25,940 nt of DNA from Hydrurus foetidus (taxonomy: Eukaryota): contig UYFQ01000327.1 in NCBI GenBank assembly GCA_900617105.1, forward strand, positions 62,001 through 87,940, in the 5' to 3' direction. Numbering within the stretch: the stretch's first letter is position 1; each line of letters begins with the position of its first letter. Positions 11,801 to 23,701 of the stretch are shown piece after piece. Made by a program: the position numbers and the translations under genes. A model generated the notes under the pieces. That model had not been told where the DNA came from, ran no database searches, and saw nothing but the letters and a program-made list of their open reading frames with translations.

Positions 11801-14800
11801 TCAGTGCAGAGGGAGACGCCGACTGGAAAAGAATTGATAGACGGAGGCGTAGCTGATGTGTTGAGTGAGGGCGATGTCATTTTGGTAGCTGGTGCTGTCA
11901 CTGCACTCGGATTCATAGCCCAGGCCCTCACTGCATGGGAAGGGGAACTATCTATCACTGATGCACCCCATTCGAACTCAAGATGTGAGGTATCCTCTGA
12001 CGTCATACATCGCCCCCTGCTGGACACCTTAATCAGCATTCAAAAACTAGACGCTAGCTGCTCTACGGAACTGAAGCAACCCTTTGCGACAGAGACACAC
12101 CCACCAAGAAATGTCATTGTCGATTTAAAAGTTGTGGCGCTGAGAACACTTAAGGTTCTAGCAGCCAGCGGTCTTTTGACCAGCTCTACTAAAAACAAGA
12201 TCGGACTCGCAATTGATACAGTAAGTACCTCCAGTGGAGAATCGCTTCATAGCAGCAAAGCATTAGAGAAAGGTGACGTCATCCCAACTTCCCATGACGT
12301 GGTCGAAATAGTGCTGTTTTCTCTCATATCTATCGTGAGGAACTATGGACTAGACGAGGTGTCTAAGGTAAGTGCGACCAAGAATGATCGCAGCTCACCC
12401 AGCAGCAAGGTAGTGGCAGCTTCAATTGATGTCCTGAGCACTGCCTGTCTCTCCTACACATCCGAAGGTACGGATCTCATCTACCTGCCATCAGTCATGA
12501 ATACTTGTCAATATTACGGAATTCCAGGGTAGTTGACTGAAATCCAAATTAGCTGACGGATGCACTGCCTTTTATTTTATGATTCACTAGAATTTTTCTG
12601 GTCGGTCTGGGAGCTTTTCCTGTTCTTCAAGCCATCTCGTACAGAGACACCTTTGCTACGATTTGCCTTGGCCGAAGGGATCGTGCGCATGTCCGCAGCA
12701 CCGATGTCCCGGCACTGTCCCCCCAACATTGCCATGCGACTAACTATGGTAGCAGAAGAGAACGGACACTGTGACCCTTCTTCAGAAGCCTCTACTGACT
12801 CGATTGGAAAACCAAGCAGATTGCCTTTCCTCACCCGTGTCCTACTTGATAAAATCGAAAGTGCTGTATCTGGGACTCCTCAGATCCTCGCATTAATCGG
12901 ACAAAAGGGTGTGGTAACTCCTCCATCTCCAGCGACATTCGATAAGATCACCGCAGGCATGCTCCTTTTGGTACTAGTGTCTCAGTCTACCCGCCCTTCG
13001 AATATCGTAGAGAGCGATGCGAATGCTGAGAATGAATCACCTCATGTACCAGTTCTGCCGAAGAGAGAAATAATTCGCGGTACAGAACTGTTCTTGCTAC
13101 TGCTCCGAGAAAAAGACGCCTTTCTTCAAGATGTGAGCTGCGCTGGACTATGCTATCTACATCACTGCGCTTGTCGGCACGTTGAGCAGCCATCATCACC
13201 AGCAAGCATCATGCAAAATGGAACAGACAAATCACTGTCTAAGATCATTGGTAGAGAAGTTATCGCAACTCTTACTAGAGAAAAAAGGGGCCTTCAAGCC
13301 GCAGGTTAGTATGGAACACTGACGTACGATGACTGTGGTGTTTTAAGCGGGCTCATTACGACTTCTCTATCTCTTCCCTGACAGGTGTTGCAGTCGCAGG
13401 GGAGTCCACAAGTACCAGCTCAGAGGGCGACATGGCCCGTACTTTGGAGGCTTTACTGAATCCTGCAACTACGGAGGGAGAAGAGGGGGAGACGAGGGAT
13501 CCAGGTAAAACGGCGTCCAGTGATTTGAAATGAATAGTACTAAGTCGTGCGTTCTCAAGAATAATCTGATTCGCATTATGTAATTTATTGGATTGATAGT
13601 TTCTAATGGAAGAGGTGGAGGTAACGGTGGAGGTGGCGGTGCTGTAGCAGGGGGAGGGGGACGCGCCCCTGCTCCTGTCGATGCTCTAGCAGCTGCAACA
13701 GCAGCAGCAGCTCTTGAACTTGGCCTCTCTCCTGAGGCCGTAGCAGCAGTGACTCGCCACGGGACACAAGGCTCGGACAGCAGTGAGAACGGATACGGTG
13801 TCTACACAACAGCGTGCAAAGTCGCGAAGAAAACGGGAGACCCCTCAGTCGTATTCGCTGTCCTCGCGCTCATTCGAAGGGACCCGTCATTCGGCGTTGG
13901 GGAAACAACTGCTCTGAGGTTCAACTACCAGGCACCCATTGCTCACATTGAAATCAGCAAAGCGAAGAATTTGATCCCATCATTGTTTCTCGCAAAGTTC
14001 GACCCCTCCCCTCCCGTGAAAGCCCTAATGAAGCAGCTGTGGGACACGTTAATAGTGGAGAGAGGATTGCAGAAGCTGCTCATCGCCTCCCAAAATGGAA
14101 TAATCAAGTACCTCTGCCTCTCATTGGGTAGCAAGCAGTGGAGGGAAAGGGAAGCAGCTTGTACAGCCTTGGAATCCTTTCTTCCTCTTCGGCCCTGGGC
14201 AGTGGTCAGGCTATTTGGACATGATCTGTGGAATGCCGGCATGGCTGTTCTCGATGACGTACGGGAATCCACTAGGATAGCTGCTATCGGATTCATGAAG
14301 GTCCTGTCCGATCATGTCACGAGAGCATGCAATAAAGATGAGAGCGGATCGAGCATCACTGTGGTGGATGATGCCATTGCCTTCGTCATGCCTCTCCTGC
14401 TAGACAGAGGGCTTTGCGCTCCTTCTCAAGAGGCAAGGGGTTTTACCCTGGGTGTCCTCGTGAAGTTGATCAAGTCCTCACGATCTGCACTCAAGGAGTG
14501 GCTTGTGAGGTTGGTCTCTGTGCTGGTGGAGAGCATGAGTGCTCTCGAACCCAAGACACTGCAGTACATGCAATTTCATACCGCCAGGTTGCAGATAAAT
14601 GATGAAGAGCTCGAAAACATGAGAGTGCGTCTATCGCGCCAGTCACCCATGCAAGAGGCTCTTGACGCATGCCTACACGCCCTGGAGCAACGCCCTGAAG
14701 ACGTGCCCGAAGCAGCTAGAGCTCTTCGGTCACAATTGCTGTCAGGAGTGGGACTGGCAACACGAGTGGCTGCTGTACAGTCCTTGGCCTATCTAGCGGA

Positions 14801-17057
14801 TAACATGCCCGGTGAACTCGGTATCACAGAGAACGGAAGCAAGGCCTTCCGCACTGTTGTGGACTCACTAGTGAACAGCCCTTCCATGCAGATCTCCCTC
14901 AAGAAATTTCTCCTTGGTGGACTTGGCTCGTTATCTAAGGTTGTGAATGCTGACGTATTAGCAAATGAAGTGGCAAAACTGATTACACGGTATGAGACAT
15001 TGGGCCGAGATGACTGTTCAGAAGCCACCGTCATAGCCAGTTGCTTGCTCCAGATTGTGAATAGAGCAGGAGATAGACTGCTGGATGACTGTGCATGGAG
15101 CCGACTAATAGCGTGCACGTACGTAGGCACGTCGGACACCAACCCTGAGGCCCAAGAGGTGTGGTCCAAATTGTGGCCGGAGGTGCTCTCCGGCAGCGCT
15201 ACTGGCACCAAGTCAGCAGCGCTGCTTCGAGTGCTGCCCATCATCATCGAATTGTTGTGTACGTTGCTGTCCGATTTGGCGTGGGACAAGAGGAAACAAG
15301 CCGTTGCAGTCATTGCTGACCTCATGGCATCCCTCCCAAGTCAGCACATTTCCTCTCACTTGGGGAGCATCGTAGAGGCCTTGCTCAGGTCTATTCCTGG
15401 TCAAATCTGGAGCGGCCAAGCAATTGTCCTCGAGACCGTGGCTACTATCGTGAAAAAGTGCTTCCCAAGTGGCAGTCTAGACTTCTCTTTATCGGTCCAT
15501 AGTTTGCTCGTCGCGAGACATAGCGTGTCCGCTGTGAAGGAATCATCAGAGTCTCGAGTTACAGCAGTCCAAGACACACCAGCTGATGTGAGATATGACG
15601 ATATTCTCACTGTGAAAGATGCGATCATAAAGAAGACAGTCACTCCATCTGGCAGTGATGCCATGCAACTAGACACGACAGAGATTGCTCTACGTATAGA
15701 GATGTTCCAAGACGCATCTACCTTACCACTCGGAGAGACAACCACCCTAACGGAAGAACGCTGGAAGAGCGACACTGATGGAGGCACTTGGACTTTGTCT
15801 CTCCGCGGACTGATATCTCTGCTGCTGCACGAGACCAAGAGAGGGGACAGAGAATACCGTCTGAGCGCAGCCAAGGCACTGTCGAGCCTTCCATGGGCAA
15901 TCATTTCTTCTAATCCGAAGGGACGTCGTGTCTTCAAGGAGTATGTCGCGGTGTTCGCGTGTCTAGGGGGAGTGCGACCTCCAGTGACGTTATCCGATAT
16001 GTCGAGTTCTGCGGGAGACCATGCTGTAGTGACTGCTGTCGACAAACAAGATCTTAGGGGTGATAAGAGAAAAAGGCATCAGACAAACTCCGCGATGTTT
16101 GGCAGCAGATATGGAATCGATTTCAAGGATACGAGATCATCCAATGCTCTTCGCAGGATCAGTCCAACCACTTCATCACCACCACCCAATATAGGTCACG
16201 CTGGCTCCAGCACTGAACCTATGAGCGCTAGTGATGAAGCAGAGACAACCGACTCAATTGTTCAATCTGACGCCATGACATCATCAGAAGTATTCATCAA
16301 TCACACGAATGAACAAGCCGAAATCCGTTCTGCTCAATCCTCGCATCAAAATCAGGACAGCGAACTAGCGCCTGTACAAGATATGAGCATCATAGCGAAT
16401 AATGCGGTTGAAAGTGTTCCTCAAGAAAGTCTTGCAGTAATACTCATCGGATCCAGTACTGTGGTTCCGGTTGATCCCGCATTCAGAGTGAAGATGATGG
16501 AGTGCGTCAGTCGTGGGTGGCCTCATCAGTCTACAGGAAATACTGCCAGTGACTTTCCATGCACTCTAGATCTCAACACTACACTATGGACACAAATAGT
16601 GTCTGAACCTGAAGTGATATCGGTTACTCTAGATGGCCTCATTGCATGGGCCGCCTCTACCATTGAAAGCGGGGAGGTGTGGTCTATTCGAGTGGGGTCT
16701 CTCCAGATTCTGGGTGCCGTCCTGTCCACATATTCGGCTGATGGTAACAGGAAATATTGCGATGAGGTATATGCCACAGTCTCCAAAATGTTTTTAGTGG
16801 CCATCCGCGTCTTATCTATTGCAATGAGTGACAAAAAACACTCGAAAGTTCGTATAGCTGCACTATTATGCCTGAACAAGATACTTGCCGGGGTAGGGTG
16901 TAGGGCGTATTTAATTGACCGAGAGGACGTGAGGGTCATCCTCCGCTTGGCTGCCAGTGATCCTGAACCAGCAGTTTTAGAGGCAGCTTCGAAAGCTCAG
17001 CTAAGTTGGCTCGCTCTATGCAAGCCCATTATCCATGCATTGAAGACGTCAACTTAA
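8833..17057 (+). CDS. ECM29: Proteasome adaptor and scaffold protein ECM29 (HEAT repeats), about 2506 aa. Exons 8833-10018, 10116-10234, 10321-10402, 10519-10677, 10785-12467, 12591-13304, 13385-13504, 13600-17057
   Basis: Seven phase-consistent GT-AG introns give 7521 nt without internal stops. ECM29-like blocks are the N-terminal ELASLQRIGDRLAST.NEDLQKVLQTLLPKLL, LFGLLDFE/DNRAIIRLYTALGGLRLAY, LLADDSNESV, LLLLREKDAFLQDVSCAGL, LIPSLFLAKFDPSPPVKALMKQLWDTL, SKQWREREAACTAL, LDDVRESTR, LVESMSALEPKTLQYM, SPMQEAL, SGVGLATRV and IPGQIWSGQ. Boundaries of the small exons are my prediction. Confidence 0.9.
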
Positions 17058-17228
17058 ATGAGAAATGCAAGTATCATATTTATGAAGGTGAATTCTGTTC
17101 TAATGTGCAATTAAATGCAGTTCAAGCAATCGCCAGCCATTTTCTAGCGTCTTCCCTCCAGCAATCAGAATCATAGATAGTATCACACGTACTACATGTT
17201 TTGGCTCACCAGCCTATATCTAATATCT

Positions 17229-17247
17229 ACTGTATACAGTGTACAGT
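17229..17247. promoter_or_regulatory. 12-bp palindrome ACTGTATACAGT plus GTACAGT, candidate cis-element upstream of RCC2
   Basis: Perfect palindrome at 17229-17240, about 220 bp before the ATG; shares 12/13 nt with the motif upstream of ECM29. Confidence 0.35.
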
Positions 17248-17462
17248 GGACATAAAACATAAAACATGAGAACGCGACAGTACTTACACGACAGTTATTC
17301 CGACAAAGGAAAGTCATCATCCTGCATACAGCGGATGAAGAATGACGAGAGCGGAGATTGAAAGCAGAAACTCATTTGAAAACGTAAACTGGCTGCCTTT
17401 ACTTTTCTTTTTTCTAGTTCGTCCGACCACTGAGACCCTGAAGTTGAGACTATCCTTCGAAG

Positions 17463-19159
17463 ATGGAAACCGTGAAGAATTTTTTGAGTGAGTGTGCAAA
17501 CGACAAGAATGTTGCGAAAGGCGAAGAAGATGACGAAACACCTAACAACGAGCCTCAGGGGGGAACGCTCATCATAACAGCATGTCATGACTTTGAAAAT
17601 TCGACCGCGAAAGGCGTTACTGGGCTAGATGAGCCACACATCATTCGTTTGCCTCACAGTATTCGGCAAAGTTTCTCATCATCGTCATCGCATCATGCCT
17701 TCATCCTAACCATTGAGGGAAATCTATATTCAGTCGGCAGAAATGATCATGGACAACTTGGTACGCAAGCCAATCCAATTGTAATCAGCTGAGATGAACA
17801 TCATATTCAAGACTTAATCTTATTTGAAAAAATCACTACTAGGTACCGGGGATATAACTAGCTATCAGTATCCTGTCGAATTACCTCTTTCGGGTCTCTT
17901 TGCCGCGGGGGCGGTGATCACAAAGATAGCGACTGGACGCTATCACTCTTTGATCCTTCTGCAGAACGGTGACGTTTACGGTTGCGGATCTAACTCAGTT
18001 GGTCAGCTTGGACTTGGTGATAGTAAGACAGCAGTAAAAGATGCATTACGCTTCGTTCGAATAACGTCACTGTCCGGAATCAGAGATATCTCATGCGGTC
18101 ACGAGCACTCAATCGCATGTGACAACTCTGGTAAGGTCTATACTTTTGGACATCCACAGTACGGACAGCTGGGTCACGGCTCAGACGGCAGTTTCATTAA
18201 AGACGGCGGCAAAGGAGCAGCTATGCAATTTCGGAGTATCTTTGTGCCCCGTCAAATAGAAAGATTTATAGTTAAAGATTCACACGGGAAATTAGTGTCG
18301 GAGACGCCAGCAGCAGATGTGAATATTCGACTGGTGGCAGCGGGAAAAAACCACTCAATCTGTGTTGAGGAATGGGAGAATGGTGGGCGCAATAGAATAT
18401 ATTCCTTCGGTTTTGGAGGCTACGGTAGGCTAGGATCTGGATCGGGGTCTGATGAGCTGTTCCCTCGTGAAATAGTGAATCCATTCCAATGCATCGTGGC
18501 TGGTCAACAAGTCCCACCAACTAATCATCCGCAAAAACAGATCGTGCAGATTGTAGCTGGATCCTCATACTCGATGGCAATCTCACAGTCGAAACACCTC
18601 TATTTCTGGGGCAAATTATCTAACTCACAAAGAGGAGAAGCCACAATGTACCCTAAAATGGAAATGAATTTATACGGCTGGAAGTCCAGACTGTGCGCTG
18701 GAGGCTCCAACTCGGTTTTCGTGGCAGCTGACGACTGCATCATGGCGTGGGGAGTCCCTGTAGCGGTAAGCGCACACTTAACTTTGCACGATGATGTGCT
18801 AGAAAGTATACGATGATGTGCTGTTTTCACCTCAATGTACTGAAATAATCCTTATTCTGACTGAGCAGGGGAAATTCGGATTTGAGGGCGGTGCGAGGTC
18901 TTCCGTTGGCGCGAAGTTCATCGATGTGTTTGCTGGACTATCGACTCTCGACATCTCATGCGGATACGGACACGTGCTCTATGTTGTTCATGCCACCACC
19001 CCGGATGGTGTCGCTAAATTGGCCTCTTACCCGGAGTTGCCTGCACCCAAATTCATCGCACCTCTGACGTCATCCGTAACCGCCAAGGGAAAAGAATCTT
19101 CAAAGAAAAGAGCCGCTGAAGTGAAAGAGGAGCCGAAAAAGAAAGGGAAAGGAAAATGA
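17463..19159 (+). CDS. RCC2: RCC2/TD-60-like RCC1-repeat beta-propeller protein, 503 aa. Exons 17463-17760, 17843-18765, 18869-19159
   Basis: Introns 17761-17842 and 18766-18868 join three ORFs in phase (1512 nt). RCC1 repeats are GRNDHGQLG, GSNSVGQLGLG and GFGGYGRLG. RCC2-type blocks are VYTFGHPQYGQLGHGSDGSFI, VPRQIERFIVKD and LYFWG...EATMYPK...LYGWK.R....GSNSVFVAADDCIMAWG. Confidence 0.9.
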
Positions 19160-19889
19160 AATGTAGCACCACAATCTTTGTGTCGCCATTTAGTTCGACA
19201 CACGTGAACGTTTTCTTTAATTAAAGTTCATCATTTCATGCAACGCTCAAACCTACTATATGGATTTGATCAAATTATTATTTCGAGTAACCTCCGAGAA
19301 TCAGCTTTTATCAGGCTATCGGCATATGAGGAAGAACCATACCTGCTGCCAAGAGGGCGGGAGAAGGAATCCTTTTGCGGCATTTGAATAGAGGCGAAGA
19401 GCATTCTAACAAAGTCAGACTAGACTAATCCTTCCCAGCACTTGAGAAGATTGAGAGCTGCCAAAAGGTCTGAAGGGATAAGACATATCCTAATAGCTGT
19501 TGGTGCGTTCAAAACAGTCACCATTGGACGTCACTCGCGAAAGGCAAGCGTGTTCTTGCTATACTTTGCAATGAGGGACAGTCTGGATATACTCCAACTG
19601 AGTACAGAAACATAAAATAAATTACGCATAGTAGTGAGATATGGACATAATGTGTATTGTGTGCGAACCTTCTCCATTCTACGTCTGATATGTTCCTACC
19701 TGCCTCACTGTGGTCATTTTGGCAGTGAAACATTGAGCAGCTTTAGTATTGACATGATTCGATTGCATGATGCAATTTTGATTAAACAGGTTAAAACCCA
19801 AAACTTTTAACACTTCACAAAACTCACACACTATGCCATAGTCTATGACTCAATCGTTAAGTTATGTTACTTTAGACTCCATATTATGT

Positions 19890-20356
19890 TGTTACGTGAT
19901 GCTCAAGATACAATTAGCGTTGAGTGGGTTGGGATACTTAATACAGTATTGTGTAATTTATTAATCAATTGCCTACTTCTTTTTAGCATGAAGATTTCTA
20001 CCCTTATTATCTTCACGTAACAAGAACCCCACATTATTAAAATGATTGCATGGGAGAGATGAGAAATCCCCCCTTCCGTGCATACAGGTAAACTCATCGT
20101 CAGCACTACATGTAAAGCCACCTCTTGTCTTTTTACTCCTCTTATTTCTTTTTTTGAACCTGATACGAAATCGCTTTGTACTCCATTATCTGCTTCATCA
20201 TCTTAATTAACCTACTCCTCATCAACCACATGGATTATAGGTATTCCATCATCATCCACACTAGGTAGTCTGGAGGACCTTAGTCCCAGTTCCGACCTAG
20301 ACTACCCAGCGTAGGCCTCTGGGTAGGCCTCTGGGTAGGCTTCTAGGTTAGTCACA
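19890..20356 (+). mobile_element. Possible 5' LTR of the + strand retroelement
   Basis: Starts TGTTAC and ends GTCACA (imperfect terminal inverted repeat, same 3' hexamer as the LTR at 23702), lying just upstream of the gag-like ORF. There is no second copy or clear tRNA primer-binding site in the window, and an alternative start exists at 19865. Confidence 0.35.
20311..20346 (+). repeat. 12-bp tandem repeat x3
   Basis: GTAGGCCTCTGG GTAGGCCTCTGG GTAGGCTTCTAG. Confidence 0.9.
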
Positions 20357-20396
20357 TACACTAATCCTACACTTTCTCCACTCAGTTTTATAGTAA

Positions 20397-20431
20397 GCTA
20401 ACCAGCATTCTTTCTTGCTAACCAGCATTCT
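20397..20431 (+). repeat. 15-bp direct repeat x2 with 20-bp period
   Basis: GCTAACCAGCATTCT at 20397-20411 and 20417-20431. Confidence 0.9.
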
Positions 20432-20459
20432 CTTTAGCCTAGATTCCATCTAATCCACA

Positions 20460-22215
20460 GTGACGTCACTCAGCCGTTTAAATTACCTCTTTTCGACCTC
20501 TATAACCCTACCCCCTTTGTCAATTCGATTTCCTTGGGATAACAGCTCGAATCTGGACGTCGAGAGCTTTCAAAGAGGTCCTCTCCACAGAGATCGTCTT
20601 TATCTTGAAGAGCTTTCTAATCAACGAAGAACTCCAGTTTCGGAGAGATACAACTCCCGTAGACGCTCCCAACTTTCGTTGAAACTCCAATTCCTCAACC
20701 GAGAAGTCGTTCCAGAGTTGTAAGACCTGTGCTCCTTTGGAAAGACGCGAGTTCAGCGCGATTTACCGCCTTTTATCTCCGTTTTACTCCTTCCACACGC
20801 CAAACACAACCCCGACTTCAGCTTTTAAGCCTAAGTGACCGACTTCCAAATCGAGAATACCCTTCCCAGGGCCTCCTGCGACTTCAGTCAGCAGTGAAAC
20901 AGGGTTTGTAACTCAAAACTTGCGGAGCAACGAATTCCTGACAGAATTTCCAGTTTCAGTTTGAGAAACTGCGCCGAAAAATATCTTGCACTTTAGTTCG
21001 GAGTTAAACTCCGAATTAAGCCTTAGCTCTCAGCCTCGCGAAAAATAGCCCAGGGATTATATCCTGTTGAAGCACATCCCGCTTCGAAGGAGGTGCCGGA
21101 AGTCATTTTTACCTTCGAAAAAGCTCTGAAAATAAATCCTACATTACGAGTAGGAAATCTCGATAGAATTGCTCCTTTGACATGGAGAAAGTCGAAGATA
21201 GCCCTCCTGCGTGCTGCAGCGTCTCCGCTCTCATTACGGAGAACACCATTGACCGAAACCCAATTTGAAATTGGCGACAAATTCACCCTCTATCATGAAA
21301 GACTGAAAGACATAGTAGACGAGGCTTACGCCAGTCCTGCTGACTATGAAGAAGAGTTAGGCGAGATAGGTGATTCTAACTATGCCGAACCCTCTGACAA
21401 CGAACTCGTTGAAGAATCTCTGGCCGAGCCCGGTGCTTTACAGTAATTATCGGAGACAAATCCATCACGAACAGCACTTTTAAGTGCTATAACTGATGTG
21501 ACAACCCAAGTTGTACCTGTGTCTACTATTACTAGAGAACAACAACTTGAGAACGCTTTTAATCACCGCATGTCTCGCAGTGTCAAGTTGAATAGTGCAC
21601 TTGTTGTATTCGATTCATTCGAAATTTCGGATAAGTTAGCCTTGAAATTTCAAACTCAAGCGAATGCTTCTGTAAATAACTTTACTTTAAGTCAAGTAAT
21701 AGTTTATCCTGCAACTGAGATCATACAATTTGCTTTCACAAGTGGTCCCAAATTTGAAATTCTTACGAAAGATAAATTTGCGACGTGACTTGAACACGTT
21801 ACAGTCGCACAGGCTGCTCAAATCGTCACAAAGTACTTTGGTACTAAATCCGATATTGGTAGGACACTAGTAGAGAATTTCTCTCAAATTCCTATTAGAT
21901 AGAACTTCTCTTATCGTGCACTTCAGAGACAAACATTTGTCGCGATGAAATCGTTAACACACGATTACTCCATCGTTGAGCCAATCACCCCGGCGCAGCA
22001 TGCTGCGTTGATAGTTACGATTGAGAAAAAATTAAAACCGGATAGTCAATTATTGAGAATTGATTATTTCGAGAAAAAGAAAGCCAATCCTACTCAAGGT
22101 GAAACTTGGGAGGATGCTTAGACACGCTTTGTAGCGTGCATTGCGTCCGTTCGCGAAGTAAACGAGCATATTGCACGATATGGCAGTATGACCTCAGTCA
22201 ATGGACTTGCTTTGA
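20460..22215 (+). pseudogene. Degenerate gag-like ORF1 of an LTR retrotransposon, 3'-truncated
   Basis: ORFs 20460, 21093 and 21498 share one frame. From about 21027 to 22215 that frame stays protein-like across only four scattered stops (...KFAT*LEHVTVAQAAQIVTKYFG...IPIR*NFSY...ETWEDA*TRFVACI...). It is intronless and lies next to Gypsy pol. No zinc knuckle was seen, so the gag identity rests on context. Confidence 0.55.
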
Positions 22216-22231
22216 GGTCCTCTGATTACTC

Positions 22232-23701
22232 AATTGTTATATTCTTTGGTATGAGGTTAACTTCTCCTCTTGGGATTAGAATTCCTTCATCCATAATAAT
22301 GGCGTTTCCATAGAGGTGAAATTTTTGTTTAATTTACGTTCTATTATTAATTGTTGTGTTTAATATACGTTGAACAAATGGTAGAATTTCTTGGTAATTT
22401 TCTGTTGTTGCTCTGTCATACGTATATGCTCGAATATGCCTGTTAACTTCCTTATTCATTCTTTCTACAATTGAATTGTGTTCTGAAGAATAGGCGAGAA
22501 TTTTCTGGTGGACTGTGCCTGCGAGTTTTGTAAATTCTTCAATAACGTGGTTAGCAAAGTGAGGACCGTTGGTCAGATCTAAGGAATCTTGGAGATCCGT
22601 ATCTTCCGACGTGTTCCACTAATGCTGTGCATGCCGCCTTAGCGGTAGCATCTTTTGTTGCATATAGTTCGACGAATCGTGTAAATGTGTCAATCATGAC
22701 TAGACTGTATCCTTTATCAGGAAATGGTCCAATGAAATCTATGTTGAGACATTCCATTGGTTTGTATGTTGAAGTAGTGTAAGTGTAAGAGTTGACTGGT
22801 ATTTTTACCGCAGACATCTTTTGGCAACAAGGGCAATTTTAGATGAAAGTTTTTACTGCTTCTTTCATGCCCGGCCACACTTTCTTCTTTGTTTTCAAGT
22901 TCCGTAACGTACGTTGTACACCACCATGTCCGACCGTTGCGTTGTGACAACTACCAATGAGTTCATATTGCTCATTTGTCGTTAATTGTTTTTCATGTAG
23001 TGATGACATCAGTCCGGATTTCTTTTCCATTCTGTTTAAACATAGGCATGACATCGCGTCTGCAATGTCGTTTTCTCTTCCTGGTATGTAGCCTATCGTA
23101 TAATCCAATTCCTGCAGGGCGACTCGCCATCTGCCAACCATTTCATTTTTGTCTTTTTCAATAAAGGTAAGATTTTTATGGTCTGTGAGAATTGTAAATT
23201 TACGATCCCGTAGTAGTGCGTCGAGGTAAGTACAACAATAATAGAGCGCGAAGGCTTCTTTTTGTATTGTTGACCACTTCAGTTGTGTCTTGGTAAGAGA
23301 CTTACTTACGAGAGCGACGAGTTGTTTCTTCTCGTCGACTTCTTGATACAAGTAACCTCCAATACCGTAATCTGACGCATCAGTCATTAAGGTTATTGGG
23401 GCTGTATCGTGTATGAAATATAGCAAGGGACTCTCTGCGATTCGTTGCTTAATCATATAGAATGCATCGGCTGCTTCGTCAGTCCATATTAGCAATGTTT
23501 GCTTTTTGGATGCGTGCATGATCATCTTTTGTAAAGGAGCGACTACGTTTGAGTGGTTCGGTACATGATCCCTAAAATAATTCGTGAGTCCGAGAAACGA
23601 CCTCATTTCTGTCGTCTTTCTTGGCATCGGAAAGTCGGTCACGCCTTTTATCTTTTTGGAACTCATAGTTATACCGTCCTTTGATATTTCTTTACCGACA
23701 T
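22232..23701 (-). pseudogene. pol: Ty3/Gypsy pol fragment: RT C-terminus, RNase H, integrase HHCC and DDE core
   Basis: RT end reads VGKEISKDGITMS...MRSFLGLTNYFRDHVPNHS. RNase H motifs are TDASDYGIGGYL, WSTIQKEAFAL, TDHKNL and NDIADAMS. Integrase motifs are H..VGHGG..CPCC, LNIDFIGP, IDTFTRFVEL, RSD/NGPHF and IVERMNK. It is inactivated by stops at 22839-22841 and 22334-22336 and an extra base at 22571/22572. The RT-RH-IN order indicates Gypsy. Confidence 0.95.

Noticed and set aside
14789..16939. Long antisense ORFs (178, 214 and 137 aa) inside ECM29 exon 8
   Set aside because: These are shadow frames of a long coding exon with no recognisable motifs.
1..19159. Split HERC gene (HECT part plus a separate RCC1-like domain gene)
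   Set aside because: The RCC1-repeat protein has RCC2-specific motifs and its own start and stop, and lies downstream of the HECT stop beyond ECM29. HERC RCC1-like domains are N-terminal to HECT.
20460..23701. Stop-codon reassignment or programmed frameshifting in the retroelement ORFs
   Set aside because: The stops are mixed TAA/TAG/TGA at scattered positions, and the frameshift falls in the catalytic SDNG motif. Host genes use the standard code, so this is ordinary decay.
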